Assembly: GCA_945865675.1 (NCBI GenBank)
Contig: CAMBFO010000003.1
Coordinates: 1,909-65,908 of the forward strand
DNA: 64,000 bases
Origin: Comamonas sp. lk
Lineage (GTDB): Bacteria > Pseudomonadota > Gammaproteobacteria > Burkholderiales > Burkholderiaceae_C
Reading direction: 5' to 3'
In this document: one piece after another, positions 57,044 to 64,000 of the stretch
How the letters are laid out: each line of letters begins with the position of its first letter
Numbering within the stretch: position 1 is the first letter of the stretch
The notes under the pieces: generated by a model
Databases searched by the model: none
The model's input: only the letters and a program-made list of their open reading frames with translations
Told to the model about the DNA's origin: nothing
Position numbers and translations under genes: made by a program

Positions 57044-59394
57044 ATACCTCAACCAAGCAAGCCGATGCACTGCCCGAAGGCGCAGTAGGCCAGTCGGTCA
57101 TCCCGCTCGAAAGCGACGAAAAACTCACCGGCCAGGCCCAGTACATTGCCGATATGTACCGGCCTGGCATGCTGCACGGCGCGCTCTTGCAAAGCCCGCA
57201 TGCGCACGCACTGATCGAGGGCTATGACCTGAGCGCTGCCCAAGCGCTGCCCGGCGTGCGCGCCATCGTCACCGGAATGGATCTGGACCCGTCACACCGC
57301 ATGGGCGCCTTTATCAAAGATGAGCCGGCCATGGCCTTGGGCAGGGTGCGCTATTGCGGCGAAATCGTGGCGGCAGTGGCTGCCGATACCGAAGCCATTG
57401 CACGCCAGGCCGCCCGGCTGATCAAGGTGTTTTACCAGGTGCTGCCTGCTGCGCTGGAGCCGGCTCTTGCTTTGCAGGACGGTGCGCCGCTGGTACATGA
57501 GAACACCGACAGCTACATCAAAGTATTCGATGCGGGCACCCAGGGCAATTTGTGCTCGCGCACCTCTATGCGCGAAGGCGATGTGGAATCGGCCTGGGCG
57601 CAGTGCGATGTGGTCGTGGAGGCGATCTACCGCACGCCCGGTCAGGCACATGTATCGCTGGAGCCCTGCGGCGCATTGGCCGAGATCGATGCTTCCGGAC
57701 GGATCACGCTGTGGTCGGCCAATCAATCGGTGTTCCGGGTACAGGCCAATGTCTGCGAGGCGCTGGGCCTGCCCATGACCAAATTGCGTTGCCTCACGCC
57801 GCGCATCGGCGCAGGCTTTGGTAACAAAATGGAAGCGCATGTGCAGCCCGTGGTCGTGCTGCTGTCGATGAAGGCGCGCAGGGCGGTCAAGCTCATCCTC
57901 AGCCGCGAAGAAGACTTCGAAACCGTGCGCGCGCGCCATCCGGCCACCATCCGGATGAAGACCGGTGCGCGCCGCGACGGCACCTTGATCGCCCGCGAAA
58001 CCGAACTGCTACTGGACGGCGGCGCCTATGGCGACGACAGCCCCGGTGTGCTGGGCTACGCCTTGCTGATGAGCTGTGGCCCCTACAACATCGCGCATGT
58101 GCACGCCCATGGCCGCGTGGCCTACACCCACAAGATGCGCTTTGGCGCCTTTCGTGGTTTTGGCGTGCCCCAGGTGACCTTTGCCTCCGAGCAGCAAATC
58201 GATGCGATTGCGCGCGAGCTGGGAATGGACGCCTTTGCTATCCGCCGTTTGAACATGAAGCGCGACGGCGACCGCTGGTTGGGCGGTCAATCCATTTTTT
58301 CCAATGGCCTGGCGCAATGTCTGGATGCCGTGGAGCAAGGCAGCGGCTGGAAACAGCGCCCGGCGCAAGCGGGCGGCCAGGCGGCCACTGCGGACACCCG
58401 CACCGGCATGGGGCTGGCTATCTCGGCGCACATCAGCGGTTTGCTGGCTACTGGCGCCATCGTGCGGATGCTGGAAGACGGCACGCTGCTACTCAATACC
58501 GGCGCCGTGGACATCGGCCAGGGCAGCAACACCGCGCTGGCCCAAATGTGTGCGCAAGCGCTGCAAGTACCCATGGACCGGGTGGCTATTGCCAGCCCGG
58601 ATACCGATGGCTCGCCCTATAACTGGGGCACAACCGCCAGCCGTGTGACGTACATGACGGGGCGCTCGGTCGTTGCCGCTGCCGGCGAAGTGGAAAAGCA
58701 AATTAAAAAATACGCTGGCGCGATGATGGAATGCGCACCCGAAGATATCGAGCTGCGCCAGGGCGGCAGTGTTGGCATCAAAGGCGTGGCAGCGGCCAGT
58801 CTGAGCTTTGCCCAGGTATCGGGCTATGCGCACTGGGCTGCAGGCGGCCCCATCATCGGTACCAACAGCTGGGTGTTTGACCAAAAAACCGTGGACCCCA
58901 AACGCGCCGTTGTCTTGGGCTTGCCCTTTGCCAATATCGGTGTGTTTAGTTTTGTGGCGCAGGTGGTCGAGGTTGAGGTGGATACGCAGAGCGGCAAAGT
59001 GCGGGTGCCGCGCGCCTGGACGGCCGCGGACGTGGGGCGGGCCATCAACCCGGCCATGGTGCGTGGTCAGATCGACGGCGCACTGGTGCAAGGCATGGGC
59101 TATGCGCTGACCGAAGAATTGGTGTGGGACGGCCCGCGCCTGGCCAACCCCAGCCTGATGGATTACAAAATTCCCACCATGGCGGAGGTGCCGCAATCGC
59201 ACGAAATCTATGTCGTCCAAGCGCAGGAACCCACCGGCCCCTACGGTGCCAAGAGCGTGGGCGAATTGGGTATCAATGCGGTGGCTGCCGCCGTCGCTAA
59301 CGGCATCGTAGAAGCCACGGGTGCCCGCCTGACACAGCTACCTTTGAGTGCCGAGCGCGTGTACCAGGCGCTCTACCCGCAGGACTTTGCGTGA
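57040..59394 (+). CDS. Xanthine dehydrogenase family molybdopterin large subunit
   Basis: GAGFGNK, AFRGFG (not the CODH AYxCSFR loop), DIGQG, GAKSVGE catalytic Glu. Confidence 0.93.
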   Translation: MNTSTKQADALPEGAVGQSVIPLESDEKLTGQAQYIADMYRPGMLHGALLQSPHAHALIEGYDLSAAQALPGVRAIVTGMDLDPSHRMGAFIKDEPAMALGRVRYCGEIVAAVAADTEAIARQAARLIKVFYQVLPAALEPALALQDGAPLVHENTDSYIKVFDAGTQGNLCSRTSMREGDVESAWAQCDVVVEAIYRTPGQAHVSLEPCGALAEIDASGRITLWSANQSVFRVQANVCEALGLPMTKLRCLTPRIGAGFGNKMEAHVQPVVVLLSMKARRAVKLILSREEDFETVRARHPATIRMKTGARRDGTLIARETELLLDGGAYGDDSPGVLGYALLMSCGPYNIAHVHAHGRVAYTHKMRFGAFRGFGVPQVTFASEQQIDAIARELGMDAFAIRRLNMKRDGDRWLGGQSIFSNGLAQCLDAVEQGSGWKQRPAQAGGQAATADTRTGMGLAISAHISGLLATGAIVRMLEDGTLLLNTGAVDIGQGSNTALAQMCAQALQVPMDRVAIASPDTDGSPYNWGTTASRVTYMTGRSVVAAAGEVEKQIKKYAGAMMECAPEDIELRQGGSVGIKGVAAASLSFAQVSGYAHWAAGGPIIGTNSWVFDQKTVDPKRAVVLGLPFANIGVFSFVAQVVEVEVDTQSGKVRVPRAWTAADVGRAINPAMVRGQIDGALVQGMGYALTEELVWDGPRLANPSLMDYKIPTMAEVPQSHEIYVVQAQEPTGPYGAKSVGELGINAVAAAVANGIVEATGARLTQLPLSAERVYQALYPQDFA

Positions 59395-60266
59395 GCCTCG
59401 TGGACCACTATCCGGCCCAAGAGCCCATGTCGCCCCTGGGCGCGGCCTACCAGCAAAAAATACTTGCGCTGGGAGCGGGTTTGCGCGGCCACAGCCATGC
59501 TTATGGTCCCGGCCCTAACCAGACGCTGGAAGTCTTTGCCAGTGCATTCCCTAGTGACGCGGTACTGGTTTTTTTCCATGGCGGCGGCTGGACCAACGGC
59601 TACAAAGAATGGATGTATTTCATGGCCCCCGCCTTGCAGGCGGCGGGTATTCATTTTGTCAGTGCCAGCTATCGCCTAGCGCCAGCACATGTGTTTCCTG
59701 CTGGTATGGACGACTGCGCCGATGCGCTGGCCTATGTGTTGCAAGGCCGGGTCGGCGTGCCGATACCTGATGGCGCACCGGCGCGCGTGTTTGTGGGCGG
59801 GCACTCGGGTGGCGGGCATTACGCGGCATTGCTGGCGGTCACCTCTGCCTGGCGCAGCGCGCGCGGCCTGGCAGCGCAGCCGCTAGCCGGTTGTCTGCCG
59901 GTGTCGGGCGTATACCTCCTAGGCGAGGGCAGCGGCCTGTCGCAACGTCCGCGCTTTCTGGGGCCAGCCGTGGACGCTGCGCATGATGCGCAAGTGGAGC
60001 GCAGCGCATCGCCCCTGCACCTGATAGAGCCTGCCGCCTGCCCGCCGTATTTCATGGCCCATGGCGAGCGCGATTTTCCGCACCTCATCGCCCAGGCCGC
60101 GCAAATGCGTGCGGCACTGCGAGCGGCCGGTGTGCCCACGGAGTTAGAAATTCTCGAAGCATGTGACCACTTCGAGACCAGCGTCGCTTGCGGCGATGCC
60201 ACCCGTCCCTGGGTGGCACGTGCGGCGGCATGGATGCACGGTCCTGGTCGTTCAACTTTTTCCTGA
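59391..60266 (+). CDS. Alpha/beta hydrolase, arylformamidase-like
   Basis: FFHGGGW, YRLAP, GHSGG nucleophile elbow, DHF. Confidence 0.8.
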   Translation: MSLVDHYPAQEPMSPLGAAYQQKILALGAGLRGHSHAYGPGPNQTLEVFASAFPSDAVLVFFHGGGWTNGYKEWMYFMAPALQAAGIHFVSASYRLAPAHVFPAGMDDCADALAYVLQGRVGVPIPDGAPARVFVGGHSGGGHYAALLAVTSAWRSARGLAAQPLAGCLPVSGVYLLGEGSGLSQRPRFLGPAVDAAHDAQVERSASPLHLIEPAACPPYFMAHGERDFPHLIAQAAQMRAALRAAGVPTELEILEACDHFETSVACGDATRPWVARAAAWMHGPGRSTFS

Positions 60267-60283
60267 AGCACTGGAGTAATGAG

Positions 60284-61483
60284 ATGAAATTTTCTTTTTC
60301 AAACCGCCGGGCCTTTGTCAGCGGAATTACGGCAGCATTGCTCGCATTGACGGCGGGTATGGCCTCGGCGCAGGCGGACAAACCTTTGCGCATCGGCTTT
60401 TCTATGGCGCGCACCGGCATGTTGGCCAACGCCACGCCTTCGCAAATGAATACGTATGAACTCTGGCGCGATCAGACCAATGCCAAAGGCGGCATGGATG
60501 TGGGCGGCGTGCGGCGTAAAGTGGAGTTTGTGGTGTTTGACGACCAGTCCAAGCCAGAGCAAGCGGTGCGCATCTACGAAAAGCTGATTACCGACGACAA
60601 GGTCGATTTGTTGCTGGCGCCCTGGGGAACGCCGTTTCACCTGGCGATTGCGCCGGTACTCGAAAAGTTCAAATTCCCCATGGTCGGCAATACTGCTGCA
60701 TCGGTGGCACTGCGCCAGGTCAAACCTGGCTACATCTGGTTTCCCACCTCGGCGATTCCTGACCGCATCGGTGCGGAGCTGACGGCGATGCTGAAAACGC
60801 AAAACGTGAAATCGGTCGCGGTCTTGTCCAACGTACTGCCCTTTACCAAAGAGATCAAGAATTTCCTGGAGCCTGAGCTAAAAAAGGCGGGTATTGAAAT
60901 CAAAGTCTCTACCGAGTACCCGCCAGATATCAGCGACATGACCTCCACGCTGACCCAGATCAAGCAGGCTAATGTGGACGCGGTGCTGGCCCTGGCCTAC
61001 CCCGGTGACTCGGTGCTCTACGCCAAGCAGGCTAAAGAGTTGGGCCTGAATCAGCCCTTCCAGTTTGTCGCCATCGGGCCGAGCGATGCTTTCTTCCCCA
61101 AAGCTGTCGGCGCCGCCTCTGCCGAAGGCGTGGTGACGATTGCCCACTGGTCGCCCCGTGCCGAGTGGAAGGGTTCTCAAGCCTTTTATGACGCCTACGT
61201 GAAAAAGTTTGGCGAAGACCCGGACTACCTCAATTCCGCCCTAGCCTGGATGTCTTTAGAAATTTTGGAGACTACCGTGGCCAAGACGGGCTTGGACAAG
61301 GCGAAAATGCGCGACATGATCAGCAGCAGCACCTTTGACACCATCAACGGTAAAGTCAAGTTTGAGGGCGTGCAAAACGTGATCACACCGACGGCCTTTG
61401 TGCAAACCCAGAAGGGCAAACTGCAACTGGTCTGGCCAGCGTCCATGGCCAGTTCCAAGTTCGAAGCCAAGAAGGGCTGGTAA
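60284..61483 (+). CDS. Branched-chain amino acid-type ABC substrate-binding protein
   Basis: Signal peptide, DDQSKPE, YEKLITDDKVDLLLAPWGT. Confidence 0.9.
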   Translation: MKFSFSNRRAFVSGITAALLALTAGMASAQADKPLRIGFSMARTGMLANATPSQMNTYELWRDQTNAKGGMDVGGVRRKVEFVVFDDQSKPEQAVRIYEKLITDDKVDLLLAPWGTPFHLAIAPVLEKFKFPMVGNTAASVALRQVKPGYIWFPTSAIPDRIGAELTAMLKTQNVKSVAVLSNVLPFTKEIKNFLEPELKKAGIEIKVSTEYPPDISDMTSTLTQIKQANVDAVLALAYPGDSVLYAKQAKELGLNQPFQFVAIGPSDAFFPKAVGAASAEGVVTIAHWSPRAEWKGSQAFYDAYVKKFGEDPDYLNSALAWMSLEILETTVAKTGLDKAKMRDMISSSTFDTINGKVKFEGVQNVITPTAFVQTQKGKLQLVWPASMASSKFEAKKGW

Positions 61484-61490
61484 CGCCGAC

Positions 61491-62396
61491 ATGACGGTGC
61501 TCGAAACCCTGCTTTCGGGCCAGTTGTTGTTTGCGGCCCTGGTGACCGGTTCGCTCTATGCCTTGATTGCGCTGGGGCTGAACCTGGTCTATGGCACCAT
61601 GCGCTTACTGAATGTGGCCCATGGGGAAGTTGTGATGCTGGGGGCTTATGCCGCTTATTGGGCCTTTAGCGCATTTGGCCTCTCGCCCCTGCTGGTAGCG
61701 CCCGTGGTGGCCAGCGCCGGGGGCTTGTTGGGCTATGCGCTGTACCGCGGTATTTTCAAAGGCTTGCTGGCCGATAGCAGCGCCGCCCAAGTGCAGCGCA
61801 TGGAGAGCAATTCGCTGCTGCTTTTTTTCGGCTTGTCGATTGTTGTGCAAAACGCCACGGCTTTGGTATTCACACCCAATAACCGCGCCTACAACTACCT
61901 GGGCACGGTCTATCACTGGGGCTCGGTGTCCATGACGGGCAACCGCTTGGCTGCGCTGTGCGTGGCCGGCACTTGCTGCCTGCTGGTTGCTGTATTTTTA
62001 GGTCGTAGTGTTTTTGGTCTGGCGACGCGCGCGGTGATAGAGCGGCGCGAAGCGGCCTTTATTGTGGGTGTCAACGTGGACCGCGTGCAGTGGCTTAGCT
62101 TTGTGCTGGGTTTTGCGTCTGCGGCACTGGCTGGGGTGCTGGTATCCATGCTTGGCCAGTTCTCGCCCTTCTCGGGGTTCCCTTACACCATTGCCGGTTT
62201 TATCGTCATCATCTTGGGCGGGTTGGGCAATGCCATGGCCGGTTTGTTGGCCGCTTTACTGCTCGGTGTGATCGAGACCTATGGCGTGGCGCTGACCTCG
62301 GCCAATATGCGTTCCATGCTTTTGTATGGCGCATTTGTAGCGGCCTTGCTGCTCTTTCCCAACGGCGTGTTTGCGCGCCGCGCGGCGGCACGCTAG
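61491..62396 (+). CDS. Branched-chain amino acid-type ABC permease (LivH-like)
   Basis: YALIALGLNLVYG...NVAHGE, LGGLG. Confidence 0.9.
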   Translation: MTVLETLLSGQLLFAALVTGSLYALIALGLNLVYGTMRLLNVAHGEVVMLGAYAAYWAFSAFGLSPLLVAPVVASAGGLLGYALYRGIFKGLLADSSAAQVQRMESNSLLLFFGLSIVVQNATALVFTPNNRAYNYLGTVYHWGSVSMTGNRLAALCVAGTCCLLVAVFLGRSVFGLATRAVIERREAAFIVGVNVDRVQWLSFVLGFASAALAGVLVSMLGQFSPFSGFPYTIAGFIVIILGGLGNAMAGLLAALLLGVIETYGVALTSANMRSMLLYGAFVAALLLFPNGVFARRAAAR

Positions 62397-62400
62397 CCCT

Positions 62401-63372
62401 ATGCGCGATTTGTTCCCCAACCGCTGGTGGACCGTTGTGTGGCTGTCCTGCCTGTTGCTGCTAGCGGCCTTGCCATTTATCGCCAATGATTATGTGGTCG
62501 GCATCGGCCTGAGTGTGCTGATGTGGCTGGCCCTGACCCAAAGCTGGTGCTTGCTGTCCAAAATGACCGGTTATGTTTCGCTGGGGCATGTGGTGTTTTA
62601 CGGCCTGGGCGCGTATTTGGTGGTTATTACCTGGCAGCAGATCCCTTTGCCTGTGGCCATCGTCGGCGCCGGTGCACTGGCCGCTCTGCTGGCCGCACTG
62701 GTGGGTCTGCCCGTATTGCGGGTGCGTGGGCCTTACTTTGTGATACTGACTTTTGGTTTGGCCGAGCTGGTGAAGTACACCATCACCTGGGCCGAATCGG
62801 CCAGCGGCATGGCCAGCCGCATTTTGTTTGGCGCGCCGGATTTGCAGGTGATCTATTTCTCCATGTTTGCGCTGGCCGTCATTGCGGTGGTCATGCTCAC
62901 CTGGGTGGGCAGTTCGCGCTTTGGTCATGGGCTGCGTTCCTTGCGCGAAAACGAGGAAGCGGCTGAAACCCTGGGCGTGCCGGTGGTGCGCTACAAACTG
63001 ATTGCCTTTGTGCTGGGCGCGGCCATACCCGGCATGGTCGGTGGCGTGATGGCACTGCGCTCTACCTACTTTGTGGTCGGCCAGGTGTTTGACCCGATGA
63101 TCTCGGTCACCGTCATCGCCATGGCCATTTTGGGAGGTGGCGACAACGCGCGCGGCCCTTTGCTGGGCGTGCTGTTTTTATCGCTCTTGTCTGAACTCTT
63201 GTGGGCTAACGCGCCCTTGCTGTACATGGTGATTTTGGGCCTGGTGCTGATCGTTTTTGTGCTGGTTTTACCGCAGGGGATCATGGGCTTGTTGGAGCGC
63301 AAAAAAACCCCGAGCGCCCAGATGCTGAAAGACGCTGCGCCTCCATCCCCCACACGTGGCGGTGCACCATGA
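62401..63372 (+). CDS. Branched-chain amino acid-type ABC permease (LivM-like)
   Basis: TGYVSLGH, LRVRGPYF, RENEEAAETLGV. Confidence 0.9.
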   Translation: MRDLFPNRWWTVVWLSCLLLLAALPFIANDYVVGIGLSVLMWLALTQSWCLLSKMTGYVSLGHVVFYGLGAYLVVITWQQIPLPVAIVGAGALAALLAALVGLPVLRVRGPYFVILTFGLAELVKYTITWAESASGMASRILFGAPDLQVIYFSMFALAVIAVVMLTWVGSSRFGHGLRSLRENEEAAETLGVPVVRYKLIAFVLGAAIPGMVGGVMALRSTYFVVGQVFDPMISVTVIAMAILGGGDNARGPLLGVLFLSLLSELLWANAPLLYMVILGLVLIVFVLVLPQGIMGLLERKKTPSAQMLKDAAPPSPTRGGAP

Positions 63373-64000
63373 GCGCCTTATTGCAAATCCAGGGCGTAGG
63401 CAAGCGCTTTGGCGGCTTGCAGGCGCTCGATCAGGTGTCATTCGAGGTGCAAGCCGGACAAATCGTTGGCGTGATGGGCGCCAATGGCGCAGGCAAGACC
63501 ACTTTGTTTGCCTTGATTGCAGGCAACACGGCGCCCAGCACCGGCAGCATCCGTTTTGGTGGGCGCAGCCTGGCCGGACTGCGTGCCGACCAGATTTGCC
63601 GCTTGGGCATTGCGCGAACGTTTCAAATTGTTAAGCCTTTTCCCATGCTCACCGTGCTGGAAAACTTGCGCACGGCGGCGCTGTTTGGCAAGGCGCAGGC
63701 GCCCGATATGGCCAGCGCCGACACGGCGGCCTGGCAGGTCTTGGAAGAAGTGGGGCTGGCAGCTATGGCTTTGCAGCCCGCCCACACGCTGACCTTATCG
63801 GGTCAAAAGCGTCTGGAAATTGCGCGCGCGGTCGCCACCGGTGCGCAACTTGTGCTGCTGGACGAAGTGATGGCCGGTCTCACGCCTACCGAGGTGGCGC
63901 AGATGCTGCAAACCTTGCGCGCGCTGCACGCCACGCGTGGCCTGACGCTCTTGGTGATTGAGCATGTGATGCGCGCGTTGATGGAATTGTGTGAAGAAAT
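63369..64000 (+). CDS. Branched-chain amino acid-type ABC ATPase (LivG-like), truncated by window end
   Basis: KRFGGLQAL, GANGAGKTT, ARTFQ, LLDE..AGL, IEH. Confidence 0.9.
   Translation, partial: MSALLQIQGVGKRFGGLQALDQVSFEVQAGQIVGVMGANGAGKTTLFALIAGNTAPSTGSIRFGGRSLAGLRADQICRLGIARTFQIVKPFPMLTVLENLRTAALFGKAQAPDMASADTAAWQVLEEVGLAAMALQPAHTLTLSGQKRLEIARAVATGAQLVLLDEVMAGLTPTEVAQMLQTLRALHATRGLTLLVIEHVMRALMELCEE

Noticed and set aside
57040-59394. Aerobic CO dehydrogenase (coxMSL plus coxG)
   Set aside because: The active-site loop is AFRGFG rather than AYxCSFR, and the context is N-heterocycle catabolism
1-64000. CRISPR array, tRNA, rRNA, integrase or prophage genes
   Set aside because: No regularly spaced repeats, cloverleaf or rRNA signatures, recombinase or phage ORFs seen

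Overview
GC-rich bacterial chromosomal window. Gene content and style point to a betaproteobacterium, probably Comamonadaceae (inference). In order it holds: the end of a heme A/O-SCO cluster; rpoH with a perfect CIRCE; rcnA; a Bcr/CflA MFS pump; an imuA-imuB-dnaE2 mutagenesis cassette split by an inverted chrA, with two LexA boxes; a type I R-M island (hsdM-hsdS-DUF3800-truncated DUF4268-like ORF-hsdR); aminopeptidase P, a bciA-like reductase and transporters; two paralogous M16 proteases flanking an RND pump; a peptide ABC transporter, M3 peptidase and agmatinase; a tandem glycine riboswitch with gcvTHP, 5-formyl-THF cyclo-ligase and fhs; and a TetR-linked N-heterocycle catabolic cluster (NicX-like, CoxG/M/S/L-like Mo hydroxylase, hydrolase, ABC transporter) that runs off the end. 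Best candidates for something new: (1) a DUF3800 putative nuclease with a convergent two-hairpin small RNA inside the R-M island, (2) an orphan IS110-like non-coding end (bridge-RNA-like) with no transposase, (3) a 171-nt palindromic element translated in-frame inside DnaE2, and (4) the unassigned N-heterocycle pathway next to fhs. All family assignments are from motif recognition by eye; no database searches were run.
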